Shown: positions 29,076 through 43,014, numbered from the stretch's first letter. The stretch: 64,000 nt of DNA from Octopus sinensis (GCF_006345805.1 NC_043005.1:36766001-36830000); one strand, 5' to 3'. Notes: generated by a model not told the origin, from the sequence alone. Numbers and translations are program-made.

Positions 29076-29771
29076 AAATATTTCTTTCGCTTCATTTTAA
29101 ACAACGTGTCCTTCATCTACGAATATTCATTTCTTTGGTTGCTATTTTTGTTGTTATAGTGTATCTGCTCTTGATGTTTCGTTGTATGTTAATAAAATCA
29201 TATTGACGGTTACACAAGCACTGAAGTACCATGCTACCAACTAACAGCGTCTCACTACCAATTCCTCTCTCTCCCTCTCTTTTTCTCACGCTCTTGTGTT
29301 ACACATATATTAAGTTACTGAGTACTATTTATTTTCCGTTTAAATAAGAAATAAGTTAATTTCATAAACAGCTCCTACAAAAAAAAAAAAAATGAAAGAA
29401 AAAATCTATATATTGCTTCCTAAGAAATATTCAACCTTATCTATCGATCTACAATAATGACTCGGTATGAACATTGAGAACAAATATAATACTTGCTGGT
29501 CACTATTCAAAAGAACACAGTTATTAAATGAATCATAAAGAACATTGCACCATCTTTTTTTTTTTCCTGAGTATCGATGGTGATGGTGGCGGTTTAGTGG
29601 TGGTGGTGGTGGCAGCTAGGCAGAACGACGATGGCACTGTTCTTAAATTGTTTCATAGCTGGTGTATTTGCTATTGTATGCTTGTATTTATGTATGCAAA
29701 TACCTAATGCATATGAGTATGGGTGCGTCTGCGCGTTCGCGTATATATGTACACCCCCCCACCACCACATA

Positions 29772-29807
<36 letters not shown>

Positions 29808-29898
29808 TGTATGTATATGTATATATATATGTGCACATATATATATATGTTTACATATGTATGTATAGTTATATATGAGTATATACGCTTACGTGTGC

Positions 29899-29955
<57 letters not shown>

Positions 29956-30481
29956 TACTTATATATCTATATGAAAATACATTTGCAGATGTATATATAT
30001 TTGTATCTATACATGTAAATACATTTATATGAGTGAGTATGTGTGTGAGTGTGTCTGCGCACGCATGGCTGGTGTTGTCACTTGCAGCCACTTACAAGGG
30101 ACTGAGTCGTTAAAACGCCTAGAATTAATAGTGTGTAGATAAATAGAGAGACAGACAGACAGAGAATGAGAGTGTGTGAGGAATAAAGAGCAAAGCATAT
30201 ACGACTGTGGAGGAAAATTGGAGCAAGACTGGGAAAGTGAGAAAGTCGGATGAAAGAGAGCAGAAGAAGAGAAATGTATGAAAGAGAAAATGTAATCGAT
30301 ATGAACATTTAGCGCCTTAAGTAAATGACATTAGTAAATGACAGCATGATGTTCACGGTTGGAACGTCATTGATCATCTGGTTGCTCTGTTGGGTTGACC
30401 TGAAGTTAAACAATGACATATATTGCATATGTAACGTAAATGTATACACTACATATAAGTGCGTGTTTTGTATGCCATCAT

Positions 30482-30522
<41 letters not shown>

Positions 30523-30600
30523 AACACACACACACATACACGCACACACATCGTTGCTGTTATGCAAAGAGTTGTAAGTCCAAAACGTTGCTTTTTTCAG

Positions 30601-30921
30601 AAAACGAAAAAATAGTTTTACCATTCCAAAGCAAAACATTTGTACTACACTTGGACAAGTTTTGATATCTTGGCATCTGAAGCATCTGAAGATACGATAG
30701 TTTGACCAAAAGAACCGGCTATTGCAAGTAAAAATAAATATTGAAAAAAAAAAACGCATTTGGCCAAATTTGGACGTACGATATATACACTCACATACTG
30801 CGAGAGAGGGATATATATATATTTCGTTTTTGGATTTGGTTTGCAAGATTATTGAAAAGGTTGCAAGACGCAACGAAAATTTTAGGAAAATAAAAATAAG
30901 AAATAAGTGGAAATTTTACTG
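30601..30921 (+). other. Candidate non-coding (UTR-type) exon
   Basis: Acceptor-like ttgcttttttcag ending at 30600 and donor CTG|GTGAGT at 30921/30922 in unique-looking sequence; no convincing reading frame. Confidence 0.25.
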
Positions 30922-30988
30922 GTGAGTGTGTTAAATTATAAGGCACAAAAAGAAAATAACTCTCACCAGACACAACAGCATATATATA

Positions 30989-31037
<49 letters not shown>

Positions 31038-31429
31038 TATACTTTAAACCTCTTATAGGGATATTTTATCCAAGATACAATATATTATATTTTGAAGACG
31101 TTTCTTCAATGAATATATTATATAAAATATTGTAAAATATCAAACGTTATTATCGAGTTAGAAAAAGACCGATCTAATGTATACAAATTAATTTATTAGT
31201 TAATTGACATAATCACCTATAACTTTCATTTCACGAAACAATTGTAGGTGAATATATTAATTTATATATCTATTTATATATCCATTAGATCTCAGAGAGA
31301 GAGAGAGGGATATAGAGAGAGATGATAGATGGATCGATAGATAGATAGAGCATCAGCAGGCAGACATGAGAGGAAGAGAAAGAAGTTGTGGAAAAGAAAT
31401 ATTAATATTGGTTATTCACTAAGTCTCGT

Positions 31430-31541
31430 GGAGATTAAGTGTCTTTGTTCAATAAACACTCACAATGCCCGGTCTGTGAATCGAAACCGCGTTCTTACGA
31501 CGGCGAGTCCGCTGCCCTAACCACTGGGCCATTGCACCTCC
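31430..31541 (-). mobile_element. SINE family C, head only
   Basis: Minus strand ggaggtgcaatggcccagtggttagggcagcggactcg...ggtttcgattc. Confidence 0.8.
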
Positions 31542-31647
31542 ACTGCCGCTGCTGTTGGAGCTGTCTTCGTTTTTTTTTTTTGCTGATGTTACTGTTGTTA
31601 CCGGTGTTGTTGTTGTTGTTGCTGATGTTGTTATTGTTGCTGCTGCT

Positions 31648-32024
31648 TGCTTGTTTATTTGTTGAGCAAAGCAGTCTTCGTCCCAGTGAGAGAAGTCCGA
31701 AATGTGGTCCTTTGCTATTCGTAAGACCCGCAGAAGAGAAAGCAGGTCAACCCCCAGCACCGAGAGCATCGACGGATGGATGAATGCGCATCCAGGCTCA
31801 GCGGTTGCGTAGGAAGTCGGGAACAAGAGACAGGAAGAAAGAGTGAGAGAAAGTTGGAGCGAAAGAGTACAACAGGGGTCGCCACCACCCACTGTCGGAG
31901 CATAGCATCGTGGAGCTTTAGGTGTTTTCGCTCAATAAACACACACAACACCCGGTCTGGGAATCGAAACCGCGATCCTCCGACCGCGAGTCCGCTGCCC
32001 TAACCACTGGGCCATTGCGCCTCC
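31648..32024 (-). mobile_element. tRNA-derived SINE family C, tail variant 1, with 13-bp TSD
   Basis: A box tggcccagtgg, B box ggtttcgattccc; TSD tgttgctgctgct at 31635-31647 and 32025-32037. Confidence 0.9.
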
Positions 32025-33204
32025 TGTTGCTGCTGCTATTGATTTTGCAGTTGCTGCTTGTCTGTTGTTGTTGTTATTGTTCTTACTGTTGTTGTTATTG
32101 TTGTTCTTTGCATCGTTGCCGTCATTGTTGTTATTGTTGTTGGTGTCGTTGTCTTTGCTTGTCTTGTCAATTCGATTTATATTTACCCTGACACGATAGT
32201 CTTATAATCGAAGCCAGTCCTCCCACGACCATCCCATGTTTTTAGAGGTATCTATAACTAAATTACTTAAATTCGTCCCTCTTACTTTTCAGACGGAAGG
32301 ATAAAATTTGTAGGAGATTTCGCTTCTATTTCTAGCAGGTTTACGAACGACTATTTAAGAGCTTGCTCCTTTTCCTTTCGAAATATTTCCAACACAGGAT
32401 GAGCGCATAGTGAATTAAATTGACCTAAGTACATCAATACCTATTGTCGAATTTGAACTCCGAACGTTGAGGTACGTCATGAAATGCTAAAAGATATTTA
32501 GTGCTGCACTCCACCGTAACTACAACTCCACCTCTTCCTGTAATGGCGGTCATATGAGAAGCTGGTGCACATTGCAGAAATGTCTGAATATATTTTGTAA
32601 GACAACACCACATGTGTGAGTGTGAGTGTGTGTGTGTATGTTTGTATGTGTGTGGAGTTTCAGTGTGTGCGTATGTTTGTGTGAGTGCATGAAGTTGTCG
32701 TTGGAGAAATTTGCGTTTTGTTACAACATAAATATTTAATACAGGCACTCATTCATACTACACACGCACATGCGCGCACACACACACTCACACACGCACA
32801 CACTCACACACACACTCACACACGCACACGCACACAGTCACAACTTAAACACAACACACATCCACACTCGTCACATCTCTGCTCTACATGTATCTCGCTA
32901 TCTCGCTCTTCTCTCTCTCATGCAATCTGTCTTTTACTATTCTCTCTGTCTCTCTCACGCACTCCGTCTCTCTCACACACTCCGTCTCTCTCACACACTC
33001 CATCTCTTTCTCTTTCAGCCTCTCTCTCTCTCTCTCCACACACATAATCAGACATAAGCGAATATATATAATCTCACTGCAGTTACTTGTATATTTTCCA
33101 CGTGGATTTGTTTAAATTTCTTTTCGTGGTTAATCTAGCATTATGTATCTCTCAATCAAAATCACTTTCTCTCTATCTGTCCCTCTCTGCACCCAATCTG
33201 TCTG

Positions 33205-33292
<88 letters not shown>

Positions 33293-33369
33293 ACACACAC
33301 ACATATCTATCTATCTATCGATCTATGTGTTTTTCTTTCTATCTATCACGCATACACACATACAAACAC

Positions 33370-33441
<72 letters not shown>

Positions 33442-33442
33442 G

Positions 33443-33473
<31 letters not shown>

Positions 33474-33474
33474 G

Positions 33475-33533
<59 letters not shown>

Positions 33534-34741
33534 GTCTATCTGTCTAGCTATCTATCTATCTATCAATCTATCTATCTATCTAACTATCTATCTAACTCTC
33601 TCTCTTTTTCTCTCTCTCAGTCTGTTTGTATGCATGTATATATGTGTGAGTGTATACGTATGTATTTCTCATTTGTGCGTGAGTGCTTGCGTATTTAACG
33701 TGTGTATGTGTATTTGTTATAATTTTGTGTGAATGGTTTATGTGTCAGGAGAGAAATACTAGAAGGTAAGCAGTATTATTTATGTCTCGGTTACTTGCCT
33801 ATGTGTATATATGGCTGCATAGGAAGTACTTGTAAAGGTTAAACTACTATTCTTGTACTAATAGTACGAGTAGGTAAGCAAAAGCTGCTTTGCTTGTGTG
33901 TGTATTTATGTTAATATACGTGGCTTCTTTTTTATACATGGTAGGTATAGTGTATGTATCTAACAAACCACACTGTTATGTATGTGTGTGTGTATGTGTG
34001 TGTGTGTGTGTGTGTGTTGTGTGTGTGTGTGTGTGTGTGCATATAGTGTGTGAATAAACGTTAGATATTGTATGTGTATATTTGACAAGCCACGCTATTT
34101 TGTGTGTATGTGTGCGTGCGCAGTGAAGTCTGAAGACCAGCCGACACCAAACCGGATAAGATGATTAAAGAAATAACTCGGAACAAATAAGCAAAACCTA
34201 TTCACACACACACACACACACACACACCCACACACACGCACACACAGAGGCACGCACACATATATACACACACACACGTTCTTCCTCTTTTTCACACTCT
34301 CTCTCACACATACAGTCATACATACACACATACGCCCATGTGCGCGCAAACTCACACGCACACATATGCACGCAAACATACACACACATAAGTTCACGTC
34401 CAAATCTTTTTTAGAAAAAGACACATTGAAAAAAAAAAAAAAAAAAAACTCACGCATGCCTTGTCTTGGTCCCCTCAATTCTTTGGTTGAATCGTAAAAG
34501 CGCCGTTGAGACAGATGGCATGTTCTTGAGAGTTTTAGGCAGAATCCATTCCTCTTCAGGCTCTTGGCTACAATCGATTTCTTCCAGAAGAGAGAAAGAA
34601 GCAGACAGAAAGCTTGTGTGAAAGAAAGATGAAGGGTCCCCAAGTACAGAACTGGTATTTTGTTATGCAAACTAACGCAAACCATTAGAAAGATTACAAA
34701 GATATATATATATATATATTCACATACACACAAATATATAT

Positions 34742-34985
34742 CCCTTTACTCTTTTACTTGTTTCAGTCATTTTGCCTGTGGCCATGCTGGGGCACCGCCT
34801 TTTAGTCGAAGAAATCGACACGTGGACTTATTCTTTGTAAACATGGTACTTATTCTACCGGCCCCTTCTGCCGAACCGTTAAGTTATGGTGACGCAAACA
34901 CACCAAGATCGGTTGTCAAGCGATGTTGGAGAGAGAAACACAGCAACAAAAACACAAATATGTACACACACACACACAGACATAT
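34742..34985 (-). mobile_element. SINE family A, 3' half
   Basis: ttttacttgtttcagtcat...ggccatgctggggcaccgcc matches the family A tail. Confidence 0.8.
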
Positions 34986-34989
34986 AATT

Positions 34990-36040
34990 ATTAAATAGGA
35001 CAGTAAACTTTAAAGCAAGGCAAACATCTCAAGTCGTATACATTATTATTATGGGAAGAATTTCAAAATCATCCAGCTGTTTCTGGGATTTCCCAGAGCA
35101 TGGGATATTCCGTCATCAGAGACAAATAAGGGGAAAATCAGGGAAAATGAGAATGGCATACGCTAATGAGATGACGACATAGAGGAAGGGAGTAAATGAA
35201 TAAAGAGACGGAAAAAAGAAGAAGGAAAAAGAAGCTTAAAAGTGTATAGTTCGACTTTCCGAAGTTATAGAAACCAGAGCATGAGTCCTTAGGTGCAATC
35301 CTGCGTATATCCATGTGGGTTTAAATCCTGATGCTGTAGACATCACAGAAAAAAAAAAAAAAACAGACGCGAGCATATCAACGTTCAATAACAGAATTGT
35401 AACGGAGGTGGCTATTAAGTGACAAAAGTAAAGAAAAGAATATAAATAGAGAGGTAGATAGAGTGAGGTAGGGGGATTTTAAGGATCGGCTATAGGATAA
35501 AGTAAGGTGCGTAGGTATATGGTGTCTAAGAATTGTGTACGGGGTAGCCGAGAAGATAAGAGAGAGGATGAGGAGGTAGAGGAAGATAGGGTAAAATTTA
35601 TATAGCAAAATGAAAGGAATTTAGAGAGAGTGGTCGATGTCTGGTAGTCTTAAAGTCTAAAGTTGTTGGGGAGGAAATTTAGTAGTGACTGCTTGTGTCC
35701 GTTCTGGCTAAGGTCAGTGGCTGTAACAATGGGGTTATGGATATGTAGGAAATCGAGAATCGAAGACTCAGTTGAATGTTAAATTATTTATGAGTGGGAT
35801 TTAGGGGATTTATTGGGTTAAGGTTTAAAAATAAATTAAGGATAAATTAAAGAATTGATATTTGTCTCATAGTGTGATGAGGTAAGGTAGATAGAAAAGA
35901 GGTAAGACATAAAGTAAAAATAAAAGTTATAGAGATATAGAAGGGGGTCTGTGTCAATGACCATAGAAGTATGTATGTGGGTGCTATTCGTGGGGTGGGG
36001 GTAGGTAGCTTACATTTAGATTTATGAAAGAATTGTATAT
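34990..36040 (-). mobile_element. Probable Penelope-derived repeat with decayed hammerhead
   Basis: Minus strand ctgatga (35113-35119)...gaaacagctg (35074-35083); purine/pyrimidine-skewed body; boundaries uncertain. Confidence 0.4.
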
Positions 36041-38225
36041 ATATATGTATGTCATTCACTTTTGAAGATTTCTTGCCAATAAAGAAAGAGCCGGTTTCTA
36101 ATCTAGATCCAAAGCTCTTTCATTGGAATTTTAACATTAAAAGGTTATTTTTGCATGAATGTGTGTAAATGTGCAGTATTTGGAGGCAGTGCATCTGCAG
36201 ATTTGTATGTTTTGTTTTTTGTATGTATTCTTATTCATGTAGTTGCATGTGTAGACATGCGCATATATACTCAAATGATAAACTTCTGAAAAGTTTTATA
36301 GATTTTTAAAGTTCGAGTGATATAACTTGGATCTGCAGTCTTCGAATAGGCTTTCACCTTTCTAGTTTTGAGAAGCCTAATTTCTCACGATTAGTACCTA
36401 GGCAGTTTTCCAATAATTACAGGTATAAACCTGAACTTGTGATCTGAGTAGAGTTACTGAAGATTTCTCAATAGTTCAGCGTGGGTATTTTCTTTTTCGC
36501 TGCCCTTTAGCTTTATGTTAACATCCGCCAGGCGGCTGATTTCCACAACTCCATACAGTTTCTCTTCTTTTCCCGCAAATCACTGTCTAATATGTTTACA
36601 TTTTATTGAGGTTTTCACTGGAAAATTCCACTAGTACTCCTTATTATGAGTGGCTTTGGCTTCTACCATGCTATAGGTTCTTATTTCTTTAGCCTCCGAG
36701 TTATTCTTTCAATGGATCTCATTATACAGTGTCTCAGCTACATCATGTCTCATCGATATATATGTATATATATATATATATATAAAATATATAATATATA
36801 ATATATAGATAAACTTGACAATGACAAATAAGCGAGGGTATACAAGACATTTACATATTTACCCCCATACATACGTACAAACACACACACACACACACAC
36901 ACACTAAATATTCATGCATACGCAATGTCCCCCTCTTATACAACTTCAAAACACAAGCAGTCATCTATAAGATAAGAAAGATACAATTATTTATTTACAT
37001 ATGTATCCCATTCCATCTGACCATAGCATAATATTTCAACAATTATCACGTATCGAATAGAGAATAAAATATCAAATGGTTTGTGTGATAAACCAAAACA
37101 GATACTACCGTTGTTATCTTTAGAATCCATCTTGTTATTCTTTGACTCGTTGCGTTACCCTTTTCATGACCCCTCTTTCTTCCACTTCTCCTCATTCTCT
37201 CTCTTTTCCTGTCAGTCACTCTCTCTCATTCTCTCTCTTTCATTTTCTATCCCTCTCTCTCCTCTCTCTTACTCTCTCTCTCTCTCGTTCAAACGTTCCT
37301 CTTTATGGTCACATAACGATGTCTTTATTTGTCTTTTATTCACATTTTCTTCTTCACTTTCTTCTCTCTTTTTCATTTCCTTTGTGTCTCACTCTTTCAT
37401 TCTTTCTCCATTTCATCCTGCCCTCTCTTTCCCTGTCTCTCAGCATTTTTTGTTTATTTTACCATAATAATGTCTGTATCCTTCTTTTTACCACACTTTT
37501 CTTCACTTTCTCTTCAGTTTTATGTCTCACTCTCTCCTCGCTAAATATCTTTTTATGTTCCTCCCAATCAGTTTCTGGCGTTCTTGATTTTTGATCCCCA
37601 CCAATCTTTTCTCTGACATTATCGCTCTTGCCTTCAAGTTTCTCTCATCCATTTACTTAACAATTCTTTGCCATTCACTCAAAATCTTTTACTTCCTCTC
37701 AATTTCCTTTAACATCTCACTTTATCATACATGTATCCACTACCGCTTTCCTTAACGCTAACGCTTTGTTCTCTTTCTTCGTCTCCTATTACTGATCACA
37801 TCACTCTGAGTTTGTATCCCTTACTTTTTCAAAGATGATATGAATAATAAATCTACTTATATTAAACTTTAAACCTGTGTAACATCCTCGATTGTTTCTT
37901 TAGTAATACATCAACCACTTCAACAAAATCAGTCTGGCATCTCTCTTCTAGTGTTTAACATACCAAGATATCACGTATTGATTCAATTCTTTGATAAATT
38001 ATACCACTAAATAATATATTGGAAGCTTTCGTTTTTGATACTGTTTATATGCATGTGTGTATGTATGTATGTATGTATGTATGTATGTATGTATGTATGT
38101 ATGTATGTATGTATGTATGTATGTATGTATCTGTGTAGCTTAATGCTGGACGAATGAGAAAGGACTGCTCAATATATATTGTAAAGTCTATGGATTTTTG
38201 TCATTGGGAAATGAAATTAAGAACA

Positions 38226-39320
38226 TTAGTCATATTCTCTTCCATTGGTGGTTTTACTCGAAGAAGATATTTGCGAAATGTTGCATTACTCTTGAATACT
38301 GTCCTGTTGTCATATGGGCCGCATATCTTTTGTATCTTGTCGGAGAAGCCTTTCACATAGGGTAGACAGACTGCAGACAGTTTATCGGTTTTATCCTAAC
38401 TTTTCTACATAATTGGAGTGGATAGTATGTTTTTGGTGTAGTTGGTGCTTAACAGATTGTTACTGAGATTGATCATTTCTTCGTGGTGGGCATTACGATC
38501 GCTACTTATATTCGAAGAAATTATCAAGATCAGTGACAATCTATTAAGCAACAACTACCCCAAAAGCATACCCTCCACTGCAATTATGAAGAAAAGAAAG
38601 GATGAAACCGATAAACTGTCCACAGTCTGTCTACCCTATGTAAAAGGCCTCTCCGATAAGATACAAAAGATGTGTAGCCAATATGACATCAGGACAGTAT
38701 TCAAAAGTAATACAACACTTCGCAAATATCTCCTTCGAGTGAGACCACCAATAGAAGAGAATATGACTAAGAACTGTGTGTACTCCATCCCATGCAGGTG
38801 TGGTAGGTTATACAAAGGTGAAACATGCTACCCTCTCAAAATAAGGGTAGAGGAACATCGAAAAGCTGTGACACAAGGAGATATTGATAAATCGGGTATA
38901 GCTGATCATGTATGGAAAAATGGGGACGACCATCCCCTGTGGGATGAAGTTCAAATAATAGAAGAGAACACCACTGGAAAATACGGAAACTAAAAGAAGC
39001 AGCACATATGCTAGGACACAACAACCTTCTAAGCAGACCGAGTGCAGATATGAACAGCATATGGGAACCGGTATTACGGAAGGATAGGTAGATTCATAAG
39101 CCCTAAAATTCACTCCATAATTGCCCACGGGCATATGGCGTAGTGGTTAAGAGCGTGGGCTACTAACCAAATCGAAATTTCCCCAAGACACTTGATGAAG
39201 GCTGGAGAGTATATCAGCCGAAACGTTGTGTTAACAACAAACAAGATGAGGACAAATATCCGTCAATTGTAAATAATGTAAATAATATACATAATTCCTC
39301 ATCTCTTAAATATAGAACTG
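38226..39320 (+). mobile_element. Penelope-like retroelement 3' portion (GIY-YIG) with 5' inverted duplication and hammerhead-bearing terminal repeat
   Basis: VCLPYVKGLSDKIQK...KNCVYSIPCRCGRLYKGET..LKIRVEEH...SGIADHVW, then after a frameshift RKLKEAAHM...MNSIWEPVLRKDR* (stop 39089-39091). 38226-38483 is an inverted copy of 38513-38770. Confidence 0.92.
39187..39232 (+). ncRNA. Minimal type I hammerhead ribozyme motif (C3>U variant)
   Basis: gacac-ttgatga-a-ggctg(gagagtatat)cagcc-gaaa-cg-tt-gtgtt: stem I, core, stem II, GAAA, palindromic stem III. Confidence 0.7.
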
Positions 39321-40505
39321 TATTATGAAATTAAGAGTTTGTCTCAGGACTCGAATTTCATGCCATTACGATCTTCAGCTGGCAGCTGATGATGTGAACG
39401 TATGCTTCATATGCCTTTTCGTGAATCTTTCATATCTTGTGGTTTCTTTAGGCATAGTTGCCCTTCATTCATGTAAAGTTAAACATGTTTTGGGGTTCAT
39501 GGTTTATGGTGATTACATAAGATTGATATGACTTGATTGACTTTATGGATAATCCTAAGCTAAGATAATTCTTAATTAATTGCTTCTAAATTTGGGATGT
39601 CTTGTGGCATATATACAATGTTAGTGTGTGTGGTTGCCTGGGTATGAATGCTAGCGTATCCAAGTGATTAAAAAGTTCGGTTCACAATCATGCGTTCCCG
39701 GTTTCGATTTCCCTATGTGGAATTTTGGACAATAACGTTTTTACAATGGTATCAGTTTGTCCAAAGCCTTGTGAGTGAAACTAGGTGAAGGGGTCTCGTG
39801 TAGAAGCTTGTCACGTTTATTCTACATGAGAATTACGTTACAGATACCAGTGGTTTTAGAATACTTAACTAATTGGTTGACTTATTCAATAAGTAGGTCG
39901 CAGAAATGGTTGCTCATTGGCTTCCACGAGAGAGTCTATTGCTGATATGCTAGCATATGTTCTATGTAGAAAATACCCGATATTGTAGACGGTCACCAAT
40001 TATGTAGAAAAGCCGTCTTCGATTCGAAATCTTCTTTATGATGAACATTCGTTTCACATTTTGTTCGGGGATTTTCGTTAATATTCCTTCATCATTTTTA
40101 TTTAATAATTACTCATTTGATGTGTGCCTGCTGTATGCTGCTTTTGGTTGTAGGGTTAACGGTGCAATACATTTTCTAATCTAATCAGTTCAAATCATAT
40201 ATAGGTTTGCCTATATGCTTGTTGGTCTATCTAGCTTTGGTATAATAACATAGCTGTCATTCCGTCTGCTCCACTTAAAAACATCATAATTGATATCTTT
40301 ATAACTGCTGGCAATGAATTTTACTAAGAAAAAAAAATGTGATGTATTAAACAAAACGTGATGAACAATAGTTACATATCACACATACGTATATACGTAC
40401 ATTTAGACTTAGACACATAATTATATGTATGAGCATCTGTATGTATGTATGTATCTATTTATCTATCTACCTATATATATATACACACACAGATATATGT
40501 ATATG

Positions 40506-40546
<41 letters not shown>

Positions 40547-41504
40547 TCATACATACATGTGTGTGTGTATGAATTATACTATATATAAATATACATATGG
40601 GTAGATAGTGGAGAGTGATGGGAAAAACTGGTGGTATAGATCGTGCTCTAAGTATAAAAATATGATATATTTTCAAAAAGTGGTAGAGTAAGAATAGTTA
40701 ACATATTTTTCATATAGATTTGGATTGTAAAGAATTCATCTTTATAACACTTAAACACGTTTATATTTGAAGAGAATCAAAAGTTTAAACATCAAGTTTC
40801 TAATACCGAAAATACTCTCTGTTGAAATATTTATAATTCTCATTGTATTAAGTTTGTATTTAATTCATTATAGAACTAGTTTATAAGTTGCAGTCGAACA
40901 TCGGCTATGTGAACATAAATTCTCCGAAATTTCGGATTATCCGATAGAGATCACAAGTTCCTGTGAATATTTAATTAGCCTTATAATGTTAACCTGAACT
41001 AGACAATAATACTAGTACTAACATTTCGTCTTTTGTTATCAATAATTAAACGTGAATTCAAATTACTGAAGAACATATAAACCGTTCTGACATCAAAGAG
41101 GTGTTACTGACACCGTTACGAAGTTCAGGTCTTTTGGTTGCAGTTATCAACAGTACAACGTATCAGTCTGCTAGTCTGAGCTTAACCGACCACTTTAAGC
41201 AGTGTTAAAACGGTTTTAACATATAACAATCACTGGTATGCAGAAGGATTTGAAAGTATTTCAAACTCACTGATGTCTTCTTCATTCAGTTTCCAACATT
41301 ATTCTGAGTATGTCTCTTTTACAAGTCATTAAGTGTATTGTTATTCCTATGGCTGAACAAGATAGCGGTAACTAAGAAAATAGATAAGAAAATTACGATT
41401 TTACATCGTCTGAATCATAGTGAAGTGGTTTCAAAATTGCAATAGAGCACAACTATTTATCGGCAACAACATCTGTAGATGTTTAAAATGTGCTTTTATT
41501 ATTC

Positions 41505-41883
41505 GAGATGGTTGAATCGTTAGCATGCGGACGAAGTGCTTAGCGGTATTTCGTCTATCTTTACGCTCTGAGTTCAAATTCCGTCGAGGTCGACTTTGCC
41601 TTTCATCCTTTCGGGTTCGATTAAATAAGTACCAGTTACGCACTGGGGTCGATATGATCGATTTAATCCGTTTGTCCCTTCTGTGTTTAGCCCCTTGTGG
41701 GTAGTAAAGAAATAGGTATTTCGCCAGTCGCTACGTTCTGAGTTCAACTTCTGCCGAGGCCAACTTTGCTTTTCATCCTTTCGAGGTTGATAAAATAAGT
41801 ACCAGTTGAGTACTGGGGTCGATGCAATGGATAATCCCCCTTTCTCAAATTTCAGGCCTTGTACCTGTAGTAGAAAGGATTAT
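41505..41883 (+). mobile_element. Two tandem SINE family B copies
   Basis: gagttcaaattccgtcgaggtcgactttgcctttcatcc and a second diverged copy from ~41716. Confidence 0.85.
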
Positions 41884-42061
41884 TATTAATACTTTTCTGC
41901 AAAATTATGTTAAGTATAACTTCTGTCTTCGATTATACCAGAGTATAAGTTCTTCCTGGTATTGCATTGCATCAGCTTTTTTTCCTTATGGGTTTTGAGT
42001 TGAGTCTTTTGCTGTATTGGGCTGTATGTGTAATGCGAGTTCTTCTTCTTCTTCTTCTCTT

Positions 42062-42152
<91 letters not shown>

Positions 42153-42162
42153 TATTATTATT

Positions 42163-42487
42163 CAGTAGTTTTATTTTTATAGCGTGCTTTCACTTCACTA
42201 CCGAGCGCAGCTCTGTGTGCCTTGGGTATGTGCTGTGATTTGTTGTGATGCTCTGATGGTTATTGTATGGAAAGTGTTCTGCGTAGGATGTGTGCAGTGC
42301 CTAGTAGTGCAATTTTCTGTATGTTATATGTGTTTGTAAGTCCTGGTGTTTTTGTTATGTATTTGTCTGAAAATTTTTTTATCATGCCTAATGCACCTAC
42401 TATGATAGGAATTGTTTCTGTTTTCAGATTCCACATTCTAGTTACCTCTATTTCCAGGTCTTTGTATTTTGAGAGTTTCTCCATTTC

Positions 42488-42490
<3 letters not shown>
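42163..42490 (-). mobile_element. 5'-truncated Dong/R4-clade (RLE) non-LTR retrotransposon inserted in (TAA)n
   Basis: KEMEKLSKYKDLEIEVTRMW...IPIIVGALGMI...IQKIALLGTAHILRRTL* plus ~95-nt 3' UTR; (TAA)n on both sides, the known Dong target. Confidence 0.88.
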
Positions 42491-42565
<75 letters not shown>

Positions 42566-43014
42566 CATCATCATCATCATCATCATCATTATATGTAGTG
42601 ATACTAATCTGTGAGATTACTTAGATACTACAAAGTCTAAGTAATTTTGTATTATATGATACTTTGAACTTGACTATTATCTTATTTAGCATCTATCTGG
42701 CACCACATGTTAGTCAACATTTGAATTCTACAGGGTGAAAACCTCGGTTGGGTGTACGGAGATCCCGAGATTCTCAATCACTGAAATCCCACTGTCGGCC
42801 TCGATCGTAGTGTCCAAATGAGGGTAGAGAATTTTGTCTAGCACCAAATTCGAAGCAGGAGTAGCTGAAAAATGTGATAAACTGAACATCAGCCTGAGTT
42901 ATTGGAATGATGCTATATCGACCAGCACACCGCCTTTGTAACTCCTCACCGGACTCATCATGACATTCACTCTCTAGCTTTTGTCATATAAGCTTATTTA
43001 ACCAAAGCTGGAGA

